64,000 bases of DNA from NCBI GenBank assembly GCA_963772095.1, contig CAVYVU010000010.1, positions 3,917 through 67,916 of the forward strand, in the 5' to 3' direction. Each line of letters opens with the position of its first letter. Position 1 is the stretch's first letter. The position numbers were made by a program, and so were the translations under genes. The stretch is from an uncultured Thermoleophilia bacterium. GTDB taxonomy: Bacteria > Actinomycetota > Thermoleophilia > RBG-16-64-13. The notes under the pieces are model-generated. The model searched no databases and had not been told where the DNA came from. It worked only from the letters and a program-made list of their open reading frames with translations. Positions 1 to 12,652 of the stretch are shown piece after piece.

Positions 1-459
1 GAGACCGGCCTCCTTTGCGCCGCTCGCCAGCCGGAGCGCCTCTCGGGCACGTTCGGCAGTGAACACCACAGTGGTCGTCCCACGTGGGCCCGCTTCCACC
101 CCCATCTTGCCCGGAACACGACCGACCGCGCCGAGGACGGCTTCGCCCGCCTCCGGCCCGGTCAGCCTCGGCCAGTGGCGCGCGTCCCCGGGACCCAGGT
201 GGCTCATACCGCCTCCACCAAGCAGTGTGCGCAGCCGCGTCCTCCAGCTCCGGAGAGACGTCCCAGAGGCGAATATCGGGGTTGGGGGCGGCGCCGAAGG
301 CGAGGCGAAGTCGGGACCGGGGGCAACGTAGGCGTCGGTGGCGGCAAGCGCATCGCGGTCTTCGAGGACACAAAGCAACGCGGCGGGTATGTCCAACGCT
401 CCCACCTGGCCGGCATAAGCGAGCACGAGAGACCAGCCATCGACCTTGATGTCAGCCAC
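1..459 (-). CDS. hypothetical protein, N-terminal part only (runs off window start); frame appears to switch at least once
   Basis: GTG at 459 lies 19 nt downstream of the PPIase stop. Translation begins VADIKVDGWSLVLAYAGQVGALDIPAALLCVLEDRD. Later protein-like text (GTTTVVFTAERAREALRLASGAKEAGL) is in a different frame. No family recognised. Confidence 0.3.
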   Translation of the reverse strand, partial: MADIKVDGWSLVLAYAGQVGALDIPAALLCVLEDRDALAATDAYVAPGPDFASPSAPPPTPIFASGTSLRSWRTRLRTLLGGGGMSHLGPGDARHWPRLTGPEAGEAVLGAVGRVPGKMGVEAGPRGTTTVVFTAERAREALRLASGAKEAGL

Positions 460-477
460 CGCCGGTCGTCTCGCCGG

Positions 478-1649
478 CTACGTGCCGGAAGTGGTCTGGG
501 AGCTGGAGGTCGCGCGGAGCTGGAGGTCGTGCTGGGCTGGAGTTCGTGCTGGATGTATCCCCAGGGACTGTCGTCGCAGTCGAAGGAGCAGTCGTGCCTG
601 TCGACAGGCCCTTGATGGTGGTCGTGCTGGTCGCGGACGGGTTGCAGCCCGGCGCGGTACGAGACTCCAAGCTCTGATTTCGCCTTGCTCAGCCAACTCG
701 CCCACGCTTGGGCCTGCATCTGGCTCAGGAGGTCCGCCTTGACCTTTTCTTTCGCCTCGTCGTAGGAGAGTTGCTTCTGAGGCGTGATCTGGGTGACCTG
801 GATGATGTGATACCCATACTGCGTCTTGACCGGCTGAGAGAGATCCCCCTTGTTCAAGCTGAACAAGGCCTGTTCCAAGGCCGGCACCAACTGGCCCCTC
901 GTGACCGACCCCAGGCTGCCCCCGGAGTCCTTGGTGGTGGCGTCGTCGGAGTATTTGCTGGCCTCGGAGGCGAAATCAGCGCCGTTCAAGATCTCACTGC
1001 GCACCTTCTCCGCTTCCGACTTTGCCGCATCCCAATCGGCGGCCGTAGGCGTCGCGGTAGCCGCGCCGTTCGCGCCCGGCTGCACCGGAGCGATGAGGAT
1101 GTGGCGGGCGGTACGACTCTCTGGCTGCACGTAGTCCGCCTTGTGGGCGTCGTAGTACGACTGCGCTTCTTCCTCCGTCACCGTGATGTCCGTGAAGACC
1201 AGTGCCTGCATCTTCGAGAAGAGCAACTGGTCGTGAATGTTCTGAGTCAGCTGAGCGAGCGTGAGCTTCTGAGCCTTGAGGGCCGCGGCGAACTTCGTCT
1301 CGTCGCCCTGGAACATCCTCTTGATGGTGTCGAGCTGAGCCGTGACGTCGGCATCGGTGACCGTGACATTAGAGCTGGGAGCCTTCTGTTTGAGCACTTC
1401 CATCATCACCAGGTACTCGGTGACGCCCTGCTGGAAGCTCTTCCATTCTTTCGGCTGTTTGCTCTTGTCCGGTGCTTTGCCGGCGTCGACGAAGGCGGTC
1501 TGCTGCTGGTTGAACTGGTCTTGAGTGATGAGAACGGTGCCGACCTTCGCGACGGCATTCTTGGGAAGTCCACCCCCACACCCCACCGCGGCGACGGCCA
1601 GCGCGATCAGCACGACGGCCAAGCCGAGGGCCAAAAACTTCCTGGTCAA
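478..1649 (-). CDS. PrsA/SurA-like parvulin peptidyl-prolyl cis-trans isomerase, lipoprotein; the S/T-rich C-terminal tail is split over 2-3 frames
   Basis: Signal peptide plus lipobox (LIALAVAAVGCGGG). Parvulin core present (ARHILI ... GGSLGSVTRGQLVPALEQALFSL ... QYGYHIIQV). After ..ELGVSYRAG the plausible continuation (NPSATSTTTIKGLSTGTTAPSTATT.. then ..ATSSSQTTSGT*) lies in other frames (ORFs 452..670 and 478..705). The ORF-track tail down to 204 looks like out-of-frame read-through. Confidence 0.8.
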
Positions 1650-1687
1650 CCCGATCCTCTCTCGCTTGATACCGGCCGCCCTGCAGT

Positions 1688-5036
<3,349 letters not shown>

Positions 5037-5049
<13 letters not shown>

Positions 5050-5603
5050 GAAGCCTCACCGCGCGAGGCCAGCCACTCCTCCGCGAGGTCGGCTGCCCGT
5101 CCGATCATGAGAAGGATCTCTTCCCGGGGCTCGCTGAACGGCTCGAGCACGTAGTCTGCCAGCGGCCGCCGCAACGATGCCGGCCGGCCCACACCGATTC
5201 TGAGCCGCCAGAAGTCGCGGCTGCGCAGCGTGCGCTCGATGCTCCGCAGGCCGTTGTGCCCTCCGAGGCCGCCGCTTTCCTTGAGCCGGACGTCGCCGAA
5301 GGCCAACTCCACCTCGTCGTGGATGACAAGGGTGTGGTCGACCGGCACCTTGTACCAGTGAGCAGCTTCGCCGACCGCCTCACCCGACAGGTTCATGAAG
5401 GTCATGGGCAGGAGCAAGACGACTCTCCGGCCTTCGATCGTCCCCTCGCCCGTCAGACCGTGGAACCGCGACCGCAGCGAGGGAAGGCCGTGACGGCGCC
5501 TGAGCTCCTCGCCCACCATGAAGCCCACATTGTGCCGATCGTACTGGTACTGAGGCCCAGGATTGCCCAGGGCGACGATGAGAAACGTATGGTCCACCGA
5601 CAC
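5037..5603 (-). CDS. pth: peptidyl-tRNA hydrolase
   Basis: Intact 188-aa ORF with LIVALGNPGPQYQYDRHNVGFMV and GGHNGLRSI motifs. Conserved position between ctc and mfd. Confidence 0.93.
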
Positions 5604-5654
5604 CGGCTCACCACCCCGCGGGTCGCGTTACCGGCAGCGAGTGCGGGCGAGAAG

Positions 5655-6323
5655 CTATTCCTCGCTCTTCGCGCCGCCAATGACCTCAGGCTCAGCCGGC
5701 GCCTCTACACCCTCAGGTGCCGCCACCTCGACCTCTACCCGCGGCGCCAGGACCGCAGCGATCACCGTCTCTGGATCGTCAAGGATGACCACCCCATCCG
5801 GCGGCACCAGGTCTGCCACTTTCACATGGTGCCCGATGGCCAGGCCTTCCACGCTCACCGATAGCGACCCGGGCACGTTGTTCGGAAGCGCACGGACGTG
5901 GACCTCGCGGTTCTCCCAGTCCAGCATCCCGCCGTCGGCAAGGCCTGCCGGGGTTCCCACCAACTCGATGGCGACGGCAGACTCGATCTCGATAGCCAGG
6001 TCGACCTCGTGCAGATCGACGTGCACTACGCTGCGCCGCGTGGGGTGGAACTGGATATCTTTGACCACTGCATACAGTGGAGGCTGTTTCGCCTTGCCGG
6101 CGCCCTTTCCCGCTTTCTTCTCAGAGTCGAGATCGAGCTCCAGTACCACGTTGTGGCCATGGGCGAACGCAGTTCTGAAATCATCCAGAGCGATGAGGAG
6201 AGGCGTGGCTTCGTGGCCTTTGCCGTACACGACGGCAGGCACTTGTCCCGCGGCGCGATATCTCCGGCTCGGCCCATTACCGGTTTCTTCGCGCGTCCGG
6301 ACGGCCAGTTTGATGGTATCCAT
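5655..6323 (-). CDS. rplY: 50S ribosomal protein L25 / general stress protein Ctc
   Basis: MDTIKLAVRTREETGNGPSRRYRAAGQVPAVVYGKG is the L25/Ctc N-terminus, and the acidic C-tail fits. Start set at the ATG at 6323, with GAGGAG upstream; the ORF-track start at 6392 is probably too far upstream. Confidence 0.88.
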   Translation of the reverse strand: MDTIKLAVRTREETGNGPSRRYRAAGQVPAVVYGKGHEATPLLIALDDFRTAFAHGHNVVLELDLDSEKKAGKGAGKAKQPPLYAVVKDIQFHPTRRSVVHVDLHEVDLAIEIESAVAIELVGTPAGLADGGMLDWENREVHVRALPNNVPGSLSVSVEGLAIGHHVKVADLVPPDGVVILDDPETVIAAVLAPRVEVEVAAPEGVEAPAEPEVIGGAKSEE

Positions 6324-6409
6324 GCTCATCTCCTCAAGGTCACGATATGCGACGCCGACCCCCGCGGGGTCATCGCTTGTGCTCCCACGCACTCACGCCC
6401 GTCACGCCG

Positions 6410-7405
6410 CTAGAACAGCTGGTTGTCTCCCTGGAAGAGCGCGCTCACGGATGCATCGGTGAACACGTTCTGAATGGTATCCGCCAGGATTCCGGCGGTG
6501 GATAGTACCACAATCTTCGAGGTGTCGGCACCCTGATCCAGCGGAATGGTGTCGCTCACCACTAACTGCTTGAGCGGTGACGACGCTATCCGCTCGTACG
6601 CGGGACCCGAAAGCACCGGGTGGGTACACGCCGCATACACGTCCTTCGCGCCCTTCTCGATGAGGGCGTCCACCCCGTTCACCAGGGTGCCGGCAGTGTC
6701 GATGATGTCGTCCACGATGATGGCGGTCTTCCCGGCGACATCCCCGATGACGTGCATGATGCGGGAAACGTTGTGGTCGGGGCGGAGCTTGGTGAGCACG
6801 GCCACCGAGCATTCGAGCCGGTCGGCCACGCGCTTGGCGGTCTTCAGGCCACCCGCGTCCGGCGAGACGATCACCAGGTCTTTGAGGTCTTTGAGCCGGA
6901 AGTAGTCGGCGATCATGGCGAGAGCCGTCATGTGGTCCACGGGAACACCGAAGAAGCCCTGCAACTGACCGGCGTGCAGGTCCATCGTCAGGACGCGGTC
7001 CGCCCCGGCAGCTTCGATGATGTCGGCGACCAAGCGGGCGGTGATCGGCTCGCGCGGGCAACTCTTCTTGTCTTGACGCGAATAGCCCATCCAGGGCATG
7101 ACGGCGGTGACCCTATGGGCGGACGCCAGCTTCGCCGCCTGGATCATGATGAGGAGTTCCATGAGGTTCTCGTTGACAGGCCGGCACGTGGGTTGCACGA
7201 TGAAGACGTCCGCGCCGCGGATGCTCTCCTCGTATTTCACGTAGATCTCGCCGTCCGAGAAGGTCTTGATCAGCACCCGGCCCAGTTCGATCCCCAGTTT
7301 CTCGGCGATCTTGTGGCCGAGTTCGGGGTTGCCGCGGCCCGAGAACAACATCAACGAACGGTCGGGGGTTATCCGCGTGCAGCTCCGCGGCTCCCAATCT
7401 CCCAT
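6410..7405 (-). CDS. prs: ribose-phosphate pyrophosphokinase
   Basis: FSGRGNPELGHKIAEKLG..FSDGEIYVKYEESIRGADVFIVQ and the PRPP-binding loop VIVSPDAGG..IIVDDIIDTAGT. ATG at 7405 is preceded by AGGAGGGG. Confidence 0.93.
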   Translation of the reverse strand: MGDWEPRSCTRITPDRSLMLFSGRGNPELGHKIAEKLGIELGRVLIKTFSDGEIYVKYEESIRGADVFIVQPTCRPVNENLMELLIMIQAAKLASAHRVTAVMPWMGYSRQDKKSCPREPITARLVADIIEAAGADRVLTMDLHAGQLQGFFGVPVDHMTALAMIADYFRLKDLKDLVIVSPDAGGLKTAKRVADRLECSVAVLTKLRPDHNVSRIMHVIGDVAGKTAIIVDDIIDTAGTLVNGVDALIEKGAKDVYAACTHPVLSGPAYERIASSPLKQLVVSDTIPLDQGADTSKIVVLSTAGILADTIQNVFTDASVSALFQGDNQLF

Positions 7406-7417
7406 GCGCAGCCCCTC

Positions 7418-8458
7418 CTAAGTCCGGTCTCCACGTTGTAAGGTATCACCGATGGCGCCCGGCTGTGCGCCATTTTTGGTGCCGATGAGCCGAGTGAAGG
7501 GCTCGATGGCCTCACCGTCGGGCACCGCGACAGACTCCGCAAAGACGTGCGGAAGCCTGCAGCCGCTCCCCACCCGAGTGTCGATCAACGTCGAGCAGGG
7601 TCCCACTTCGCTACCGGCCTTCACCGAGGTTCCCCCGCGCAGTGACGTGAAGGGATGGATCAGAACGTCGGTCTCGAGGATCACGGTTGACTCGATGGTC
7701 GTGGAAGCCGGATCGATCAAGGTGACCCCGGCGATCATCCAATCTTCCTTGATGCGTTCGCCTAAGATCCGTTCCGCATCGGCCAGTTCGACCCGGGAGT
7801 TGACGCCCAAGACCAGGAGAGGATCTGCGATGATCGAGGCCTCCACCCGAGCGCCGGCCGCGCGGAGCGATTCGACCACGTCCGTAAGGTAGAGCTCTCC
7901 CTGGTCGTTGTCCATGGTGGTCTGCCGCAGCAGTTCGAACGACTCCGGGGCGGGCAGGACATACATGCCGGTGTTCACTTCGCAAATGGCAAGCTCTTCG
8001 GCCGAAGCATCGCGATGCTCCACGATCCGGAGCACTTGACCGTCCGCGTCCCGGACGACTCGCCCGTACCCCGTGGGATCGTCGAGCACCATGGTGAGCA
8101 CGGTCGCAGCGGCCGCCGACTCGGCGTGTGCCCGCGCAAGGGCTTTGAGGGCCGCGCCTGTGATCAGCGGCGTATCTCCGGGAAGCACCAGCATCGCTCC
8201 TTCCGGGATCTGGTCGGAGGCGGAGAGCAATGCGTGCCCGGTGCCCAACTGCTTAGCCTGCAAGGCGACCTCTACCCCACTCGGCAGCAGCGGCAGGACC
8301 TGCTCATGGCCGTGGCCGAGCACGACCACGGTGCGTTCCGCGCCTACGGACGAAGCCGCTGAGAGCACGTGCAAGAGCATGGGAAGGCCACAAACGGAAT
8401 GCAAGACCTTGGGAAGATCCGACTTCATGCGCTTACCCTGACCCGCGGCCAGGATCAC
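7418..8458 (-). CDS. glmU: GlmU-like UDP-N-acetylglucosamine pyrophosphorylase with a short left-handed beta-helix; the C-terminal acetyltransferase region seems to be missing
   Basis: ILAAGQGKRMKSDLPKVLH, QLGTGHA, GDTPLI, DPTGYGRV and EYYLTD-like motifs. Only 346 aa, against about 450 aa for canonical GlmU. The ORF stops 12 nt before prs, so no space is left for the missing part. Confidence 0.8.
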   Translation of the reverse strand: MILAAGQGKRMKSDLPKVLHSVCGLPMLLHVLSAASSVGAERTVVVLGHGHEQVLPLLPSGVEVALQAKQLGTGHALLSASDQIPEGAMLVLPGDTPLITGAALKALARAHAESAAAATVLTMVLDDPTGYGRVVRDADGQVLRIVEHRDASAEELAICEVNTGMYVLPAPESFELLRQTTMDNDQGELYLTDVVESLRAAGARVEASIIADPLLVLGVNSRVELADAERILGERIKEDWMIAGVTLIDPASTTIESTVILETDVLIHPFTSLRGGTSVKAGSEVGPCSTLIDTRVGSGCRLPHVFAESVAVPDGEAIEPFTRLIGTKNGAQPGAIGDTLQRGDRT

Positions 8459-8524
8459 AACGCTTGCGATGTCAGAACAAGGCTCCAGATGTACACTCCG
8501 GCGGGTTCACAGAGGAAGGAAAAG

Positions 8525-8596
8525 CTGGGGCGGCAGGATTCGAACCTACGAATGACGGGACCAAAACCCGTTGCCTTACCACTTGGCCACGCCCCA
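8525..8596 (-). tRNA. tRNA-Gln (anticodon UUG)
   Basis: Reverse complement is TGGGGCGTGGCCAAGTGGTAAGGCAACGGGTTTTGGTCCCGTCATTCGTAGGTTCGAATCCTGCCGCCCCAG. It has a 7-bp acceptor stem, anticodon loop TTTTGGT (anticodon TTG) and T-loop GGTTCGAATCC. CCA is not encoded. Confidence 0.9.
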
Positions 8597-8635
8597 ACGC
8601 TTGGCTGCGAAGGTCCGCGCCTCGCGAGCGCTGGA

Positions 8636-8665
8636 ATTATAGGCTAGCCGCGGGAGGGGCGTCAA
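8636..8665 (-). promoter_or_regulatory. sigma-70-type promoter for tRNA-Gln
   Basis: On the minus strand: TTGACG (8665..8660), an 18-nt spacer, then TATAAT (8641..8636). This lies about 40 nt upstream of the tRNA 5' end. Confidence 0.55.
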
Positions 8666-8821
8666 GGAATGGGCGGGGGATAGCCATCGGAGCTCCTATC
8701 ACCTTCTTCAGGCAAACGCTTTGACGAATCTGGTGGGAGCTATGGCGCCAGCTTTGAGCGTCAAGAAGAACCGAACGGTCTTTGCGGACGCGCACGCCTG
8801 ACGTTTCCGTCGGTTGTTCGG

Positions 8822-9660
8822 CTATAGCGGACACCACTCCTTGGCCTCGCGCAGCATGTTCCTCGCATAACGCGTCACATACTCTTCTGGCGTGGACGCG
8901 CTCGTCACGCCCGGAAGCTGCTTGGCCTTTTCAGACTCGACAACCTGTGGGTAGCGTTCTCGGAAGCCGTCAAGCATCTTAGTAAGCTGGGCACGGTGCT
9001 CCTCGGTGAGATGAATATCTCCCATAAGGACCGACTCCCACAACTCAACGGCCGTCCGTCCGGCTTGGAGATAGGTCCGTGTTAGCCTCTTATGCTCAAG
9101 CTTCGGGTGAAACTTGATCGTGCTCTTTTCCGCCTTAGCGATGTGCCAGATGTTGAGCCCGTACCAAAGCTTGGCATAGTCGTCGCTGAGAGGAGCGAGG
9201 TTTGTGATTTCTGGGAGCACTTCGTGGGCCTGTGCTCCTTCTAGTCTGGTCAAGGGCGTCATGTCATCCAGAGATAGCCGAGAGGCCCAGAAGGAGATGT
9301 ACTCACGCCGCCACTCGTTCTGCCGAGCTTTGGTTATGCCGTACTCCTCGTATTGCTTGTCCACGCCATCCCGGGACAGTAAAAGCTGTTACAGGCGTAG
9401 TAGAAGAAGATCCTTTTGGCCCTGGACTCATCGTCGGTGTACTTGTCCAAGTTCAAGCCGCCCACAGGCTCGAAGATCTCGGGATCGGAGACGGCCACAT
9501 CTTTCCGGTTCCTTCGGACCCGCCACATGGCTGCAAACCCCCCGCGCCGCTTTTCGGTCTTCATCAGGAAGCAACTCGCCGTCCGACGTTGTTCTCTCCT
9601 ATGCGCCATCACTATATCCGGGTGAGAGCCAGATGTTACGGTCCGAAGTCCGAGAGACAT
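8822..9660 (-). pseudogene. orphan hypothetical protein (~280 aa) split by one frameshift near 9365; lower-GC islet
   Basis: ORF 9334..9660 (..KRIFFYYACNSFYCPG) and ORF 8822..9364 (DKQYEEYGITKARQNEW..) abut in adjacent frames. Composition is visibly more AT-rich than the flanks. No family recognised. Confidence 0.45.
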
Positions 9661-9839
9661 GCTAGGGCAACCACGGCATCTCTCGGAGAAGGAGTGTCGA
9701 CCGCCCTTAACCCTGTTTCACTTCGGCCGAAAGCGGTCTTCCGGCAGTTATTTGCGCAACGTTCCCTTCAGAAGTCGCTAAAGCAGCGAAAACAAGAAGA
9801 CGATAGTCAGGGCGAGTCCTCAAAACGTCAGGAAGGACG

Positions 9840-10100
9840 ATGGAGCCCCGAGAACGCAGTGTGCGCATCAGCGTGCAGGCCAGGAATTTCAGGTACGAGG
9901 GCGACGTTGTCGTGCCGACGGGTGGTTACCGGTCCCGCCTGCTTGATCTCATGAATTCTGGTACCGAGTTCCTTGCTCTCACCGACGTCCTCGTGCGTAA
10001 AGCGGGCGAAGGAGTCACCGGAGATCCCGTCTCCTACGACGTCCTGCTTATTCGCAAGGGCGAGATCGAGTTCGTCGTCCCGCTGGACGATACCTGGTAA
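9840..10100 (+). CDS. small hypothetical protein (86 aa)
   Basis: ATG preceded by GGAAGGA. Translation is not low-complexity (..RLLDLMNSGTEFLALTDVLV..GEIEFVVPLDD). No family assigned. Confidence 0.5.
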   Translation: MEPRERSVRISVQARNFRYEGDVVVPTGGYRSRLLDLMNSGTEFLALTDVLVRKAGEGVTGDPVSYDVLLIRKGEIEFVVPLDDTW

Positions 10101-10112
10101 CGCGAGCCGGCT

Positions 10113-10742
10113 TTACTGCAGGTACTCGAGCTTCTCGACCTGAGTGCCAAAGAGAAGCCACTTCCCCCCGCTCTTCTTGAACGTGTGTACCGCCGTGATC
10201 CTGTTGTCCACGAAGGGAGCCGAGCCTGAAACCTTCTTGGTGACGATCGCTGCCCTCGCGGTAGCCTCGGCGGCGCCCATGCTCAGCAATTGGAGCGACT
10301 CGACTTTGAAGTCCAGCTTGTCGTCCTTGAGAATGGTGACCGTCTGCTGCTCGGCAGTGCGACTGGTCGCATAAGCGGGCGAACTCTTGTCGATCGTTGA
10401 CATATAGCCGTCGACGTCGGAGTTGTCCAGGAATTGACACTGCCGGTCCAGGAGACTTCGAAGCTCGTACGATAGTTGGCTGGCAGTGGCCGGCGCCGGC
10501 GGCGCACTGGCGGTGCCTTTGCCGGAGTTCATCAGCAACAGGAGCGCTCCCGCGATGACGGCCACACAAACCACGGCGGCTCCGATCACCAGAAACTTCC
10601 TTCTCGGACTTCGGTGCGGCGGTTTCTTGGGAGATGATGCGGGCACGCCCCACGAGACGAAACCTATCTTGTCTCTCTCCGACCAGTGCGGAGGCTGCTG
10701 TTCCATCCTCGTCTCCTCCAGGCAATCCAGCTCTTGGCTCAT
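10113..10742 (-). CDS. single-pass membrane protein with C-terminal NTF2/SnoaL-like domain (tentative)
   Basis: Basic N-terminus, one TM segment (FLVIGAAVVCVAVIAGALLLL), then about 120 aa ending ..ITAVHTFKKSGGKWLLFGTQV, which resembles NTF2-like folds. An alternative start at the internal MEQQPPH is possible. Confidence 0.55.
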   Translation of the reverse strand: MSQELDCLEETRMEQQPPHWSERDKIGFVSWGVPASSPKKPPHRSPRRKFLVIGAAVVCVAVIAGALLLLMNSGKGTASAPPAPATASQLSYELRSLLDRQCQFLDNSDVDGYMSTIDKSSPAYATSRTAEQQTVTILKDDKLDFKVESLQLLSMGAAEATARAAIVTKKVSGSAPFVDNRITAVHTFKKSGGKWLLFGTQVEKLEYLQ

Positions 10743-10859
10743 CCAGCCAGTCAGTTATCGGCATCCTCGAACGCGCTCCTTAAGTTTTGGCCCGTCCAAA
10801 CCCGGGCAAACTAGCCCTGAGGCGTAATCCAGATCACCAAGCTCTAGAGGAGAACAGCG

Positions 10860-11288
10860 ATGGATAACTTCAGACCAGCCACGGATGACTTTGAGAAGAT
10901 AGGCTCGTTCACGGACCCCGCTGGACGGCAACCGCCGCCAGATGAGTGCGAAATAAAGACTGCTGTGTTCGTTGGGGCCAAGAGCCTCATGTCGGACAAA
11001 GTGTTCGATATGGCCGGCGAAAATGTCGGCAGGGTCGAAGAGTTCATGGTCGACGTGGCCGACGGCTGCGTAAAGTACGTCGTCCTGTCTTCTGGAGGAT
11101 TCATGGGGATGCGCGACCGGCTGTTTGCCGTCCCCTGGCACGCCATTTCCGTCGACACCTGCGACAAACGGCTGGTCGTCAACGTGAGCAAGGAAAAGCT
11201 CGACAAGGCCCCGGGCTTCGAGAAGGACTTCTGGCCGGACATGGGCAAGGAGGACTTCCACGCTGAGATGCTCGGCTACTACGGATAA
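10860..11288 (+). CDS. PRC-barrel domain protein
   Basis: KVFDMAGENVGRVEEFMVDVADGCVKYVVLSSGGFMGMRDRLFAVPW..LVVNVSKEKLDKAPGF is the typical PRC-barrel signature. Confidence 0.8.
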   Translation: MDNFRPATDDFEKIGSFTDPAGRQPPPDECEIKTAVFVGAKSLMSDKVFDMAGENVGRVEEFMVDVADGCVKYVVLSSGGFMGMRDRLFAVPWHAISVDTCDKRLVVNVSKEKLDKAPGFEKDFWPDMGKEDFHAEMLGYYG

Positions 11289-11544
11289 CAACCTGCCGGT
11301 CACGCTGGCCATTAGGTATGTCGCACTCAGACTAGGACCTGACCGGACAATCAGTCAGAGTCCAACTGACTCTCGACAAGTCGTCCTCGCGCGAGGCGGC
11401 CCGAGGAGCACTCGAAGCCCCTCACCTAGACGCAGATGCATACAGGCGGTGTGTGAGGGGCTGCGTGTCTCCCGAGGCGGTCTTGTCACGGAGTGGCGCA
11501 ATGTGCGCCGTCTTGTCCCATATCCCATCAAGAAAGTCTTGTCC

Positions 11545-12492
11545 TCACCGGAGCCTTCCGGCTGACACCACCCGAGCGTCGAGTCCTCGCCGCCGGACAG
11601 CCTCGCACACTTGCTTCGCCTCAGCTCGAGTTCCGCACACGCCAAACACGGTGGACCCGGAGCCGCTCATGAGAGCCGCCAGCGCTCCCCCCTCCGCCAG
11701 CGCGAGCTTTGCGTCGACGAGCGGGGGAAACAGGCTGAAGCTCGCTTCTTCCAGATCATTCTTCAGAAGCCCCGCGATCGCCGTTTTTGCGCCCGCCTCA
11801 CCGAGTTCGCCACACGCGACCGCGTCCGACAGCGCGAGCCAGCTGGCCTTCGCGGCAGCCGCTCGTATCGAGAAAGCGCGAGGATCTTCCCCGCCGCGCA
11901 ATGTGTCGAACGACTCATAGACTCTCGTGGTCGAGAGATGGTGGTCGAGGTAGACGAGCACCAGGTACAGGCTCGGCAACGTCAGGGGCTCGAGGAGCTC
12001 GCCGATCCCCTGGCCGATGGACGGATGCGGGTCGAGGAAGAAGGCCACGTCGGCGCCAAGGTCGCGGGCAAGGGACCTGAGAGCCACCGCATCGAGCTCA
12101 GGACCTCCGGCTTCGGCCAGCACCTGCGAGCCGGCGAGAAGGGACACGGCGGCGTTTGCGCTCCCTCCACCCAGCCCTGCGCCCACAGGGATGTGCTTGC
12201 GGACGTGGATCTCGCCGTCGAACGCCCATCCTGTATGCGACTCGAGGGCGCGCAGGGCACGAACTGCCAGATTGGCTTCGCCCTCGATCGCGGAACACAC
12301 GACCTCTAGACCGCGGGGATCCGCGTGCGTCGCTTCCGCACCGGGCGGCCGTGCCTCAAGATCGAACTCGAGCTCGTCATAGACGTCAACGGGCACGAAC
12401 ACCGTGAAGAGCTCGTGGTAGCCGCTATCCAGCCGCGGTCCGACGAGCAATGAGAGGTTCACCTTGGCGGGCGCGCGTTCGCTCAGATGCAT
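11545..12492 (-). CDS. ispE: 4-diphosphocytidyl-2-C-methyl-D-erythritol kinase
   Basis: APAKVNLSLLVGPRLDSGYHELFTVF and the GHMP loop HIPVGAGLGGGSANAA. Intact 315 aa. Confidence 0.92.
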   Translation of the reverse strand: MHLSERAPAKVNLSLLVGPRLDSGYHELFTVFVPVDVYDELEFDLEARPPGAEATHADPRGLEVVCSAIEGEANLAVRALRALESHTGWAFDGEIHVRKHIPVGAGLGGGSANAAVSLLAGSQVLAEAGGPELDAVALRSLARDLGADVAFFLDPHPSIGQGIGELLEPLTLPSLYLVLVYLDHHLSTTRVYESFDTLRGGEDPRAFSIRAAAAKASWLALSDAVACGELGEAGAKTAIAGLLKNDLEEASFSLFPPLVDAKLALAEGGALAALMSGSGSTVFGVCGTRAEAKQVCEAVRRRGLDARVVSAGRLR

Positions 12493-12577
12493 CCCGGGGC
12501 CGGCCCTCCGTGGGATGGTTTTGCGGGAAGGCGCGCCGTCGGCAAGACGCGAGGGCGCGCCTGAACCAGCATAGCAG

Positions 12578-12601
12578 CCCGGCGCCTGTGAAGGCGCCGG
12601 G
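12578..12601 (-). terminator. GC-rich hairpin downstream of the SLH gene (possible terminator)
   Basis: CCCGGCGCC-TGTGAA-GGCGCCGGG, a perfect 9-bp stem. A second GGCGCGCC..GGCGCGCC stem lies nearby. There is no clear U-tract. Confidence 0.4.
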
Positions 12602-12652
12602 CGTCGCGGGCCTGACTGCGTCGGGCCGGGTCTTTTCTCAGCGAAGGGGCGG

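Noticed and set aside
204-477. C-terminal 90 aa of the 481-aa ORF-track PPIase
   Set aside because: The sequence after ..SYRAG is P/R-rich nonsense that overlaps the next gene's start (GTG at 459). The real tail appears to shift frames and end at 478.
8597-9700. Classical tRNA-integrated genomic island or prophage remnant
   Set aside because: No integrase, excisionase or direct repeat of the tRNA-Gln 3' end was seen. The insert also lies on the 5' side of the tRNA, not the usual 3' side. It is reported only as a compositional islet.
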